The notes: generated by a model from the sequence alone, not told the origin. A stretch of DNA of 64,000 nt from Verrucomicrobiia bacterium (GCA_035506955.1 DATJOO010000094.1:3089-67088); one strand, 5' to 3'; numbered from the stretch's first letter, positions 48,933-58,978 are shown. A program made the numbers and translations.

Positions 48933-49982
48933 CTAGCCGAGCAGGGGCAACCCGTGAACATTCCAATCCAGCGTGAACAGCGCGCTGTTGGCCGCAAGGA
49001 TCGCCCGACCGCTGGGTAGCAGCGCCATGCCCACAAGCGCGGGCCCGCTCAAGACGTGTTCTGCGTGCCCTTCCGGAGTAACGCGAACCACGCCACGCCG
49101 GCCCCCAAACGACGCCGCGATGTACAAGTTCGTCTCCTTGTCGAACGCCAGACCTTGCGGGCGCCCCAGACCGCGGTAGAACACATGCACTTCGCCGCCT
49201 TGCGTGATGCGATAAACGCGATCGTAGCTCGATGTCGTCGGGCCGGTCACGTACAACTCCCCGCTAGGATGAAATGCCAGGTGATACGCGGCCACTGACG
49301 GCTCCAAGGTCGCAAATACAAAAATTTCGCGCTGCGGACTGATCTTGAAAATCGTTCCACTGCGATCGCCCACAAAAAGATTTCCGTTGCGATCAAATGC
49401 CAACCCTGTGGCGATGCCCATTCCTTCGATCCACTCTTCAGCTTGTCCACTTGCCGATACCCGATGAATGGTGCCGTCATTGCGGCAAGACACAAATAGG
49501 TCACCATTCGGCCCGAGAGCCAGGCCAGTCGGATTGGTCAGCGAGGTTACGTACGGTTTCACCGCATAGTTCGGCCCTATCTTATACAACGAGACCGGAA
49601 CGCGTTGTCCTCGCGGGCCGCTAAACGTCACATAAATGTTGCCTTGCGCGTCGACCGCCGGATTCGCCACGGGATGAAGATTGTCAGCAATCTGGTAAGC
49701 CAACGCTACCGGATAGGGCTGGCTTTCCTGCTTGGCACTGATTACTTTTACTGTTCCCCCGGCCACTCCGTCGGGAACGCGCGCGATCAGTCGATTGCTG
49801 CTTGCCAGAGCCAGCGCAGCCTCGGTGTCCCCGAAGTGCACCGCGGGCCGCGCACCGGGCCTGGAGACAAAACCCCTTCCATAAATGGTGATTTCGCCCC
49901 CGGGAAGCGCCGCGCTAGGCGCCACCCGCTCAATGTGCGGGATACCGTTCTTCTCCGGTGTGCTTCCGAACCCGAATTTCAT
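48933..49982 (-). CDS. IPT/TIG domain plus six-bladed beta-propeller (NHL/SMP-30-like) protein
   Basis: PHIERVAPSAALPGGEITIYGRGF (IPT/TIG), repeated P-x-GLA-F-D blades; no signal peptide. Confidence 0.82.
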   Translation of the reverse strand: MKFGFGSTPEKNGIPHIERVAPSAALPGGEITIYGRGFVSRPGARPAVHFGDTEAALALASSNRLIARVPDGVAGGTVKVISAKQESQPYPVALAYQIADNLHPVANPAVDAQGNIYVTFSGPRGQRVPVSLYKIGPNYAVKPYVTSLTNPTGLALGPNGDLFVSCRNDGTIHRVSASGQAEEWIEGMGIATGLAFDRNGNLFVGDRSGTIFKISPQREIFVFATLEPSVAAYHLAFHPSGELYVTGPTTSSYDRVYRITQGGEVHVFYRGLGRPQGLAFDKETNLYIAASFGGRRGVVRVTPEGHAEHVLSGPALVGMALLPSGRAILAANSALFTLDWNVHGLPLLG

Positions 49983-50635
49983 AACACATAAAAGTGTAAC
50001 GCGATACGCAAGCAAATGGCAGCGTACACCCCAGCCATCCAGTCATCGGCCATGATGCCCCAGCCACCCGGCAATTTTTCCAAACGCCGGCAGGGAAAAG
50101 GTTTCGCAATGTCAAAAATCCGGAACAATACGAACGCCGCCACCAGATAGCGCCAGTTCAGCAGGCTCATGCCCGTGTAGAGCGCAAACATCCCCGCATC
50201 GGAAACGTGTAAGAACGTTGCCGGCGCAGCCAAAGGTGCCAAGCCCAGGATCAGCGCCAAATGCACTCCGGAAACCTCGTCGATCACCACAAACTGGGGA
50301 TCCTTCACGCCGGCAAAGCGCGCCACTTGTGTGCCGCAATGCACGCCAAGATACGACAACAACAACCACACCACGATGGAAGGAGTCAGCAGAAGAAGCG
50401 CACCCAGGCGCCCCGACAACAGCGGCGCATTCGCCCCCATGCTGAGTTCAATCCCTTTCCCCAGCACCAGAAACCAGGTGTACGGATGCGAAAAAACGGC
50501 GATGATCAGCCCTGCCAAAGAGCCCCAGGTCCCAGGGCCCGGTTTCAAATAGCCGATGCCCAGCACCGTGGCGACCGCATACGCAAACTGCGGTTTATGG
50601 CCGCTGCTCACCGCTTCTTCAGTGGATGGTTTCAT
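49979..50635 (-). CDS. pgpA: phosphatidylglycerophosphatase A
   Basis: KPGPGTWGSL, KDPQFVVIDEVSG, FRIFDIAKPFP, GWGIMADD. Confidence 0.95.
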   Translation of the reverse strand: MKPSTEEAVSSGHKPQFAYAVATVLGIGYLKPGPGTWGSLAGLIIAVFSHPYTWFLVLGKGIELSMGANAPLLSGRLGALLLLTPSIVVWLLLSYLGVHCGTQVARFAGVKDPQFVVIDEVSGVHLALILGLAPLAAPATFLHVSDAGMFALYTGMSLLNWRYLVAAFVLFRIFDIAKPFPCRRLEKLPGGWGIMADDWMAGVYAAICLRIALHFYVL

Positions 50636-50837
50636 CGTTGTTACGTTGGCCTTCTCGCAGCGCGCGCCGGTCCGCCTCCGGAATTTCTTCTTCGTCGAAA
50701 ATCGGATCAGACACGACGTATTTTTCTGCTGACCAGGCGCCCAAATCCAGCAGCCGGCACCGTTCCGAGCAGAACGGGAATTCCACGTCTTCCGCAGAGT
50801 CGGTTTCTTTCTTGCAAATCGGACAAGTGTACTTCAT
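50619..50837 (-). CDS. yacG: DNA gyrase inhibitor YacG
   Basis: CPIC...FPFCSERCRLLDLGAW zinc finger. Confidence 0.93.
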   Translation of the reverse strand: MKYTCPICKKETDSAEDVEFPFCSERCRLLDLGAWSAEKYVVSDPIFDEEEIPEADRRALREGQRNNDETIH

Positions 50838-50923
50838 GGCGAAGAAAGTGTTGTACCACAGTGGGCAAAGAACAAAAATCGGAAAGATGGTCTAGCGTCT
50901 CGTCACCGAAGAAAGCAGCATTC

Positions 50924-50950
50924 TTTGTCGGGGCGCGGTTTCAGCCCTGC
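50924..50950. repeat. REP-like palindrome
   Basis: TTTGTCGGGGCGCGGTTTCAGCCCTGC, similar to the GGGCTTCAGCCC family, between rimO and yacG. Confidence 0.4.
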
Positions 50951-51005
50951 AGCAGTTCCAATACGGCTTCAGCCGCTGCAACCGTCGAAGCACTGTTGCA
51001 GGACA

Positions 51006-52448
51006 CTAACCAAGCACTCGCAGCGCCGCTCCGGTTGAGATCCGCGTCAGCTTTTCCACCGGCGCGGGAGCAGTAACTGCAGAACGCGGGCGCACCGCAG
51101 GTCGCGGCAGGATTTCCACCACATTACCGATCAAATCATACGCATCGGTCTTCGTGATCTTTACTTTCACCGCGTCGCCAACCTCTGCCATTTCGCCCGT
51201 CGGCAGCTGAATATCCGTCAGGTACACCCTGCCATCGATATCCGGCGCCATGGTTTCCAGCCGAGCTTCCCAAATCATGGGATTATCTTTCGACGGGCCC
51301 TCCACCAGCGCCATCGCCGTTCGGCCTTTCCACTCCCGTAATTTTTCTCGAGAGATTTTCCGCTGCAACGCCATCAAGCGCGAGCGCCGCTCTTCGATCG
51401 TGTCCGCGTCCACCTTCCCATCCAGCGAAAAACTGTTGGCGTTGTCCACGTCGGAATATTCGAACACGCCCATCCAGTCGATTTTCGCTTCGGCCACGAA
51501 CTGATACAGCTCTTCGAAATCCTGCTTGCTCTCGCCGGGAAATCCCACGATAAAGCTCGTCCGCAATGCCACTCCCGGAATCGTCTTACGCACGCGCTCC
51601 AGAAGCTTCAAGAAAGCGTCGCCATTCGAACCGCGCTTCATCCGCGCCAGAACGTTGCGGCTGGCATGTTGCAGCGGCATATCGAAATATTTCGCCAGCC
51701 GCGTATGCGCCGCCAGGGTATCCAGCAATTTCTGCGTCACGCGATTCGGGTACGCATACAAAAAGCGCACCCACAACAGTTCGTCGATTCCCGCCAGTTT
51801 TTCCAGCAATTGCGCCAAACCGTCGCGCAGTCCCAAATCTTCCCCGTAGGAGGTCGTGTCCTGCCCGATCAGCGTGACTTCGCGGGTCCCTGCGGCGGCC
51901 AGATTTTCTGCCTCGCGCACCACCGACTCAAAGCGTCGGCTGCGAAATGCCCCGCGCAGTTCCGGAATGATGCAGAACGAACATGGGTGATCGCATCCCT
52001 CCGCAATTTTGATATACGCCTGATGCTTCGGTGTCGTGATGATGCGCGGCGTCAAATCGTGATACAGAAACGAAGGCGGCTCCGCGGGCAGCACTTTCAC
52101 CTGCCCTTCCACCGCCTCCAGGATGCGCTCTACTTCGCCCGTGCCCACCACCGCATCGACTTCCGGCACCTGCTCCAGAATCTGCTCGCGGTAACGCTCC
52201 ACCAGGCAGCCCGCCACAATCAGCTTTTTGGCGCTACCGAATTTCTTGTGCTCGGCCATCTCCAGAATGGCATCCACCGATTCCTTTTGTGCCGGCTCAA
52301 TAAAGCTGCAGGTATTTACAACCAGGATTTCCGCCTCGTCCGCGCGCGGCGTCAATTCGTAACCTTCCCGCGAAAGAATGCCCATCATCACCTCGCTATC
52401 AACGAGGTTCTTCGGGCAGCCCAACGAAATGAATCCGACCTTCGGCAT
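51006..52448 (-). CDS. rimO: ribosomal protein S12 methylthiotransferase
   Basis: SLGCPKNLVDSE, NTCSFI, KIAEGCDHPCSFC, C-terminal TRAM with APDIDG. Confidence 0.97.
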   Translation of the reverse strand: MPKVGFISLGCPKNLVDSEVMMGILSREGYELTPRADEAEILVVNTCSFIEPAQKESVDAILEMAEHKKFGSAKKLIVAGCLVERYREQILEQVPEVDAVVGTGEVERILEAVEGQVKVLPAEPPSFLYHDLTPRIITTPKHQAYIKIAEGCDHPCSFCIIPELRGAFRSRRFESVVREAENLAAAGTREVTLIGQDTTSYGEDLGLRDGLAQLLEKLAGIDELLWVRFLYAYPNRVTQKLLDTLAAHTRLAKYFDMPLQHASRNVLARMKRGSNGDAFLKLLERVRKTIPGVALRTSFIVGFPGESKQDFEELYQFVAEAKIDWMGVFEYSDVDNANSFSLDGKVDADTIEERRSRLMALQRKISREKLREWKGRTAMALVEGPSKDNPMIWEARLETMAPDIDGRVYLTDIQLPTGEMAEVGDAVKVKITKTDAYDLIGNVVEILPRPAVRPRSAVTAPAPVEKLTRISTGAALRVLG

Positions 52449-52490
52449 GGAGCGATCTCTACCTTTGGCGCAACCCTCTAATTTTAGCAT

Positions 52491-52542
52491 GGAGCTTAGC
52501 CCGCCGGTTTGGGTGCCGCACCCTTCGGGGTCAACGGTGCGG
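52491..52542. repeat. REP-like palindrome
   Basis: GGGTG-CCGCACCCTTCGGGGTCAACGGTGCGG hairpin upstream of rimO. Confidence 0.45.
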
Positions 52543-52641
52543 ATTTTTCTTCCCCGTCTTCTCGTGGCAGGTCAATCCAGAACGTCGGGACCAGAGTTCA
52601 TTCGGAATGAGCGGTTCTTATACTGGCTGATCTAGAGAACT

Positions 52642-52691
52642 AATCGCCGATTACTTATCACCGATTACTGCTTAAGAACTACCGTTTACTG
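52642..52691. repeat. heptamer-phased repeat (GATTACT/GTTTACT alternating with AATCGCC/TATCACC/AACTACC)
   Basis: AATCGCC GATTACT TATCACC GATTACT GCTTAAG AACTACC GTTTACT. Confidence 0.65.
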
Positions 52692-53030
52692 AAATCTTCT
52701 TTGCCGTGATGATTATTATATATTAAAATAACGCGTTGTATAGAGCCAGTCGAGCACTGGCTTGGCGTGCTCCCGCGTCGGCTGTTCTTTGAAAATCCAT
52801 TACCACGACCTCCCGAGCACCGCTCTCGGTTCGTAACCAACTACCTTTCCTGTCAACAGTTGGCTCAGCGTGCGGCGAACCACTTTGAAGTCAACACATA
52901 CAAAAGGACAGGGGGTACAACGCGAGCGAATGCGGAAAAATCCGCAAAATTTTCCCGTTAACTCCTTTGCTTGTCACTCTTACGGGAAATAGGGTAGGGA
53001 GGGGGGAGTATCGTTCTTGCAAACAACAAA

Positions 53031-55277
53031 CTAGCGGGGACGCGGGGCGGAACGAATCTGTTCGAGCAGCGCCCGCAACCGGAACGCATCGCAGGGCAAG
53101 CCGCCGAAACGCGATTGCACATACAAATCCGTGAATTCCTGAACTGCGGGTGCTATGCCGCCCTGAATCGCCAACATGGCCGCAAACTCCCGCGGCGTCT
53201 GTGCTTCTTGCCGCACGAACCCGCGCTTTTCCAGCAAACGCAGCAACTCGCCATACAGCCGGGACGCCATCTGCGGATTCACTCCCTGCGATTCCGCCAT
53301 GCGCCCAATCCAAGCCAATCCCAACCAATGGAAAACGGTGCGCACCCAGTTCATCCGCAGCAGCGCAAGCGACAGCAGCAACAGGGCCGGGAACGCAAAA
53401 CGAAGCAATCCGTGGTTGCGCTGCCACTCCGTCAGATGATCCATGCCGTTGTCTTGCACGTGCTGCAATTTGCGCCGCCAGCTTTCCTTCCAATCCGACG
53501 ACACTTGGCCGACGTTCCGCGCCAGGGTGATCTGGTGCGAGAAATCGTAGTTGACCACCCATTCGTTCCAAGTGAGCTGGAACCAGTCGAGGTACAGCGC
53601 CAACCGCCCGAGCAGTCCTGCGCCTCGATCGTTGGAAGGGGGCGTGGGATCAAAGGTTAGCCAACCCGTTCCGGGGAAGTACGCCTCCACCCAACTGTGC
53701 GCATCGCTCGCACGCACGATGTAGTCTCCGCCGACATCGTTATATTCGCCCGGCAGGAAGCCATTCACTTCGCGGGCGGGAATGCCCTGCGTGCGCAACA
53801 TCAGGGTCATGGCCGTGGCGAAGTATTCGCAAAAGCCCGCCTTGGTATCGAACAGAAAATGGGCCAGGGGATCTTCCACGGGCGTCGACCCCATATCCAA
53901 GGTGTAGGTGAATTTGCTGCGCAGGTACTCTTCAATCGCTAGCGACTTATCGTAGGGATTGTCGGCACTGCCGGAAACGGTTCGCGCAAGTTCCCCAATC
54001 CGCGGATCCAGCTTGGCCGGCAATTGCAGGTAAACATCGCGCATTTGCTGCGGGTAGTCGGTTCCCGCAAGTCGCGCTTGGGCCGGCCGGGCCACCGGCA
54101 AAAGCGATACGCCTTCATAGCGGATCGCCGAAAAATTATGGAATGGATTGAAGATCGAGCCGGTCGAGTCCACGTTCACGTAGCTCCGCCGCACTGCGCC
54201 GTAGTAGGTTCCCGCGTCGCCGGAGAAATTCCCCCGCAAGGCCACCAGTTGCGCGGGTGCAAACAGCGCGTCGCTCGCCAGCGGCTGCAGCAGCGTGATG
54301 AATTCCACTTTCACGGCCGCATGCCTCTCCAGGTCTCGCGCAGCTGCCAGTTGGATCCACCCACCGGCCTCCGGCTGATGCGTTGTAATCTTCGATTCCG
54401 GCGACGACCATCGGCGGCCATCGAAATGCGTCAGCGCAATTCCTCTCCAGCGCAACAGGGGATATTGCACGGGTGCCCCCGTTTGCACCCGCATGACCAC
54501 CGCGCTGTTTTTCTTGATTTCGCCTATTTGCCCAAGTTCCACGTCGTCCGTGAAGCCGCTCATCAACGATGGTTGCAGTCCGGTCCGCGCAAAATATCCC
54601 GCGCTGAATCGCGGGAACACAAAGAACAGCATTGTGCCCAGGATTACGGCGCCAAGCGCAAGCGTAAGCGACGCAAACGACAGCGCCCTGTTGAATCTTC
54701 TTTCTTTCCGCGGGTCCACTCCGAACGGCGGAAATACCGATCCTCTCGCGCCCCGTCGAATTTCCAACCCCACGAACACCGCTACTGCGGAAATCAGAAA
54801 AACCACGAAGAACATCAGGAAGGACGTGTCTACCGTGAAAATCGCGGACGCCAGAACGCCGGCGAACGCCAGCATGGAAAGAAACAGCGCATCGCGATCG
54901 GTCGTCACGCTGTAGAGCCGCAAAATGGTTACAAATAACAGGAAATGCACCACCGCGAGCAGCGCCGCATACAACCCTGCGTTCGGTGCTCCTGCCGCCA
55001 GCGTTCGCGACACGAAGAAAAAGTCCAGCGGGAACACCAGAATGTAGCCCAAGCCCAAGCGCGTGGCCCATTGCTGCTTGAGTTCCGGCGGATGACCCCT
55101 CAACCAGCGCACCCCTTTGTACAGCACCAGCGCCGGAGCGAGGATCGTTGTAATCAGATCCAGTTTGCCCGTGCCTACAAGCGTTAAGACCGACGTGAGC
55201 ACCAGAAAGTACAGCGCGGTGCGGAAAAAACGGTCCGCGGGAAGCGAAATGCTCGGGGTTGCAGTGGCCGTCGCCAT
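53031..55277 (-). CDS. membrane-bound transglutaminase-like protein (TgpA family; DUF3488 + TGc + DUF4129)
   Basis: N-terminal TM bundle, GFTDDVELG, GFCEYFATAM (Cys), DAHSWVEAY (His), FDPTP (Asp). Confidence 0.92.
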   Translation of the reverse strand: MATATATPSISLPADRFFRTALYFLVLTSVLTLVGTGKLDLITTILAPALVLYKGVRWLRGHPPELKQQWATRLGLGYILVFPLDFFFVSRTLAAGAPNAGLYAALLAVVHFLLFVTILRLYSVTTDRDALFLSMLAFAGVLASAIFTVDTSFLMFFVVFLISAVAVFVGLEIRRGARGSVFPPFGVDPRKERRFNRALSFASLTLALGAVILGTMLFFVFPRFSAGYFARTGLQPSLMSGFTDDVELGQIGEIKKNSAVVMRVQTGAPVQYPLLRWRGIALTHFDGRRWSSPESKITTHQPEAGGWIQLAAARDLERHAAVKVEFITLLQPLASDALFAPAQLVALRGNFSGDAGTYYGAVRRSYVNVDSTGSIFNPFHNFSAIRYEGVSLLPVARPAQARLAGTDYPQQMRDVYLQLPAKLDPRIGELARTVSGSADNPYDKSLAIEEYLRSKFTYTLDMGSTPVEDPLAHFLFDTKAGFCEYFATAMTLMLRTQGIPAREVNGFLPGEYNDVGGDYIVRASDAHSWVEAYFPGTGWLTFDPTPPSNDRGAGLLGRLALYLDWFQLTWNEWVVNYDFSHQITLARNVGQVSSDWKESWRRKLQHVQDNGMDHLTEWQRNHGLLRFAFPALLLLSLALLRMNWVRTVFHWLGLAWIGRMAESQGVNPQMASRLYGELLRLLEKRGFVRQEAQTPREFAAMLAIQGGIAPAVQEFTDLYVQSRFGGLPCDAFRLRALLEQIRSAPRPR

Positions 55278-55356
55278 GGCGTGATTTTCAGAATAGCATC
55301 GCCTGTCCGCCTTGGGGCTGGCGCAGTCCAAACGATAACGGTCCGAAAGGACTGCT

Positions 55357-56511
55357 CTAGCGATGCAGACGGAGCGTCCGGGAATTTGTCTTTCCGGCCT
55401 TCGGCAGTGGCTCCATCAAGGCCGCCCGTGCCACCTTCCGCGTCAAGTTAGACACCGGCACCGCAGACAGATCCTCGAGTGGAAACGATTTCGCCTGAGG
55501 TACATGCGGAAGCTTTCTCACATTTAGACGAAAGGGTAAGACCGTAATTTGCCGGTAAGTGACGGTGTGTCGCACCCTCACCAGCGGAATAAATCTTGAC
55601 CCGAGTTTTCCATCGACCAAGCCGCAATTCTCCGCAAACTCGCGAAGTTCCCTAAGCGCATTCCGGCCCACCTGCAGAGTGGGGAAGTGCCACATCCTGG
55701 AAAGCAACGCGGCGACGTCGTGCGCGGTCGCTGTTCTGGACCCCTTCGTGGGCGGGGCGAAAAGCAGCGTAAGCTCAGCTTTGTCAACGATGACCAGAGC
55801 GGCCAAGGTGATCTCTACCGCCGCGCGCTTCTTCCGCGTCTCAGGAATTACATCACTCAATCCCAGTTTTTTTGTTCGGCAGAAATCCCCAACCGGGCAC
55901 AGCAAACACTGCGGTGAGCGCGGAGTGCAAACCGTTGCGCCCAGCTCCATCATGGCCTGATTCCAGTTCCCGGGTGTCTCAGGCGCTAACAATTCGTCGG
56001 CGGCTTTTTGCAGTTGCTGCCAACGTGAGCTGGTTCGCAAGTCGCCACGAATGGCTCCAATCCGCGCAAGCACGCGCGCCACATTTCCGTCGAGTACAGC
56101 GAATTTCTTGTCATAGGCGATGCTCAGAATCGCGGCTGCCGTGTAGGTTCCAATCCCCGAAAGTGCCAGCGTTTCTTTCAGCGTGTCTGGAAACACCGAG
56201 CCATACAACGCTACGATTTGCCGCGCGGCCTTCTGTAAATTCCGTGCCCGCGAGTAATACCCCAGCCCCGCCCAGTGCCGCAGCACCTCTTCTTCCGGCG
56301 CTTCCGCAAGTGCCTGCATCGTCGGAAATCGTTCCAGAAATCGCTCGTAGTAGGGGATCACCGCGGCCACCCGCGTTTGCTGCAGCATGATCTCCGAAAG
56401 CCAAATGCGATACGGATCCTTCGTGCGGCGCCAAGGCAGGTCGCGCTGAAACTCAGCGAACCAACCCAGCAGTTGCTGGCGAAAGCCATTGCGTTGCGGG
56501 CTGTGGAGCAT
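55357..56511 (-). CDS. mutY: A/G-specific adenine glycosylase
   Basis: LPWR, WLSEIMLQQT, GLGYYSRA, GIGTYTA, LDGNVARV, CTPRSPQCLLCPVGDFC; start uncertain (56511 or 56541). Confidence 0.95.
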   Translation of the reverse strand: MLHSPQRNGFRQQLLGWFAEFQRDLPWRRTKDPYRIWLSEIMLQQTRVAAVIPYYERFLERFPTMQALAEAPEEEVLRHWAGLGYYSRARNLQKAARQIVALYGSVFPDTLKETLALSGIGTYTAAAILSIAYDKKFAVLDGNVARVLARIGAIRGDLRTSSRWQQLQKAADELLAPETPGNWNQAMMELGATVCTPRSPQCLLCPVGDFCRTKKLGLSDVIPETRKKRAAVEITLAALVIVDKAELTLLFAPPTKGSRTATAHDVAALLSRMWHFPTLQVGRNALRELREFAENCGLVDGKLGSRFIPLVRVRHTVTYRQITVLPFRLNVRKLPHVPQAKSFPLEDLSAVPVSNLTRKVARAALMEPLPKAGKTNSRTLRLHR

Positions 56512-56604
56512 AAGGCCCGAATAGTTTCGCATAGCTGGCAAAGCTATGTGGCGGCAACCGACCTGCCCCAGGCAAGGTTTATCCCGGCGAGATGCAGCGC
56601 CTGG

Positions 56605-57942
56605 TCAGAAATTCAGTTCCTCTGCGAAGACCACGTACGAAGAGTTCCACACTTCGGCGGGGATGGAACCGCGAGGTTGCGAAGTCACGATCAGCTTGAA
56701 CGACTCTGCCTCCGCCGCCAGTTCGGTTAGCCGGTGTTGCTTTGTATCGACGGGAAGCGCCTGGACCAGTGCCAAGTGGCGCAACACGGGAAAGATGTTT
56801 TCCGATGCTGGGCCGAGAGGAACACTCACGTTGGCGCTGCGAAATTCCAGTAACGCACCGCGCTCATAGAAGCTCCACGCAATCGCGGCACATAAATCCA
56901 CGGTGCGCTCAAAACGTTGTTTCTCTTTCGCAGTTGCGTTTGGAGCCGCTGCCGCGCTGTTGACATCGAGCACCAACAGCACGCGCGCATCGTCTTCGCG
57001 CGCAAACTCCCGTACCATCAGCGAACCCAGGCGCGCTGAAGCTTTCCAATGCACATGACGCGCGCTATCGGTCGGCAGATAATCCCGCAGAGCGTAAAGG
57101 TCTTGTCCGCGGCCTTTGGCCAAACTCTCGATCGCGCCCTGGATTCCCGGTAGCACTTCCAGAAATTCTGGAGTCGCCTCCACGGACGGATAAACCAGCG
57201 CTTCCGACGCGATGTCCAGCCGTCGTGCCTTTTGCAGAAACCCGAAAGGGAAGCGCGTGACGATGCGGAACGCTTCTTGCCGGTACAAGCCGCGCCGCTC
57301 AAATCGCAACGGGACCGATTGCGTCACGGATTGCAGACGCGGCACGTACGGGAAATAAACCGGCGTCGCCAGCAGGACGGCAGAGCTTGCATTCTTTTTC
57401 TTGCTTCCTTCCACTCGTAAGGAGAACGATGGCAGAGTCTGCTTTTCATTTTTCAGTTCGACCGTGCCACGCACGGTCTGCCCAGCAAAAATATGTTCCG
57501 GCAGTTGCAGATTCAGTTCCACACCCGCCAGCGTGAGCGACGACAGAATCCCGGACATGAGAATACTGGCGATCAGGCACGCCAGAATCAGAAACAACAG
57601 GTTGTTGCCTGTATTGATCGCCGCCAGCGCTACCAACACGATCCCGCCGATAAAGGTCCAGCCTTCGCGCGGCAGCCGGTACTCCATACGATAGCCGATC
57701 CAGCGCAGCGGCGTGCGCTTCGCCAACACCGGCACTAGCGTAATCCCCACCCAGCCCGCCACCAGCAGCGCCGCCATCGCGGTCGCGCTTGCCAAGGCCA
57801 AATTGCCGATGCGTGCCGACGCCCCCGAATAGAGCGCCAAAACAAAGGCCACACTGAGCGCCGCCATGGATAAAAAGAACGCGCGCACTCCCGGGCGATC
57901 GGCTTTCTCCCAGAAGTTCGCGAGCGATGCGTGCAGGTTCAC
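56605..57942 (-). CDS. DUF58 domain membrane protein
   Basis: AAINTGNNLLFL, DPFG-like RFPFG, LRDYLPTDSARHVHWKASAR, VREF; start inferred at GTG 57942 overlapping the MoxR stop. Confidence 0.88.
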   Translation of the reverse strand: MNLHASLANFWEKADRPGVRAFFLSMAALSVAFVLALYSGASARIGNLALASATAMAALLVAGWVGITLVPVLAKRTPLRWIGYRMEYRLPREGWTFIGGIVLVALAAINTGNNLLFLILACLIASILMSGILSSLTLAGVELNLQLPEHIFAGQTVRGTVELKNEKQTLPSFSLRVEGSKKKNASSAVLLATPVYFPYVPRLQSVTQSVPLRFERRGLYRQEAFRIVTRFPFGFLQKARRLDIASEALVYPSVEATPEFLEVLPGIQGAIESLAKGRGQDLYALRDYLPTDSARHVHWKASARLGSLMVREFAREDDARVLLVLDVNSAAAAPNATAKEKQRFERTVDLCAAIAWSFYERGALLEFRSANVSVPLGPASENIFPVLRHLALVQALPVDTKQHRLTELAAEAESFKLIVTSQPRGSIPAEVWNSSYVVFAEELNF

Positions 57943-58886
57943 AGGGGTACGCGGACGGAATCGACGATCTCGTGGAGTACCGCTTCGGTGGTCTCCGTCT
58001 TTTTTTGCAACGAGGCGTGCCGCGTGCTGGCGACTACGCGGTGAGAGAACACCGCTACCGCAAGCTGCTTGAAGTCGTCCGGGAGGCAAAACTCCCGATT
58101 TTCCAGAAAAGCGCGGGCTTGCGCCGCCCGTTGCAGCATCAAGGTTCCTCGCGGACTTACGCCCAGCGCCAGCTGATCCGACTTGCGTGTGCGATTCACG
58201 ATTTCCAGGGCATAGTCGTGCAAGCTGCTGTCCACTTTTATGCGCGTCACGGCTTCCTGCATGGCCATCACGTCGGAAACATCGGCGATCGGTTCGAGCT
58301 TGCCAACTCCATTTTCTGTCGTTCGGCTGCGCAGAATCTGCCGTTCCGTCTCGTGCGATGGGTAACCCATCTTGATGCGCATCAGGAAGCGGTCCAGCTG
58401 TGATTCCGGCAGCGGATACGTGCCGTGATGTTCCACCGGGTTTTGTGTCGCAATCACCAAAAATGGCTGAGGCAAGGGAAGTGTCCGTCCATCCACGGTG
58501 ACTTGCGCCTCATTCATCGCCTCCAGCAGCGCGGATTGTGTGCGCGGCGTGGTGCGATTGATCTCGTCGGCCAGCACAACATTGGCAAACACCGGGCCGG
58601 GGCGAAACTCAAATTCGCGCGTTTCCGGATTGTACACACTGACGCCCAGCACATCGCTGGGAAGCAAATCCGAAGTGAATTGAATCCGCTGGAAGCTGCA
58701 GTGGAACGATTTCGCCAGGGCTTGCGCCAAAGTGGTCTTGCCGACTCCCGGCACATCCTCAATCAGCAGGTGTCCGCGGGCCAATAGCGTGATCAGCGCC
58801 AATTGGATCACATCTTCCTTGCCAAAGATGGCGCGCGCAATCGAACGCTGTAGTTGTGTGACCACCTGCGAGGTGACAGTCGGCAT
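57939..58886 (-). CDS. MoxR family AAA+ ATPase
   Basis: EDVPGVGKT, RIQFTSDLLPSD, LADEINR, ATQNP, YPLPESQLDRF, SPRG. Confidence 0.96.
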   Translation of the reverse strand: MPTVTSQVVTQLQRSIARAIFGKEDVIQLALITLLARGHLLIEDVPGVGKTTLAQALAKSFHCSFQRIQFTSDLLPSDVLGVSVYNPETREFEFRPGPVFANVVLADEINRTTPRTQSALLEAMNEAQVTVDGRTLPLPQPFLVIATQNPVEHHGTYPLPESQLDRFLMRIKMGYPSHETERQILRSRTTENGVGKLEPIADVSDVMAMQEAVTRIKVDSSLHDYALEIVNRTRKSDQLALGVSPRGTLMLQRAAQARAFLENREFCLPDDFKQLAVAVFSHRVVASTRHASLQKKTETTEAVLHEIVDSVRVPL

Positions 58887-58978
58887 CGGTTGAAAACCCT
58901 TGATCTTCCTGTTACAAATAGATGAAGGCTGTTGCCTCAACGTTTCAGCTTACTGCAACAACCGTTACCCGTTTCGAC

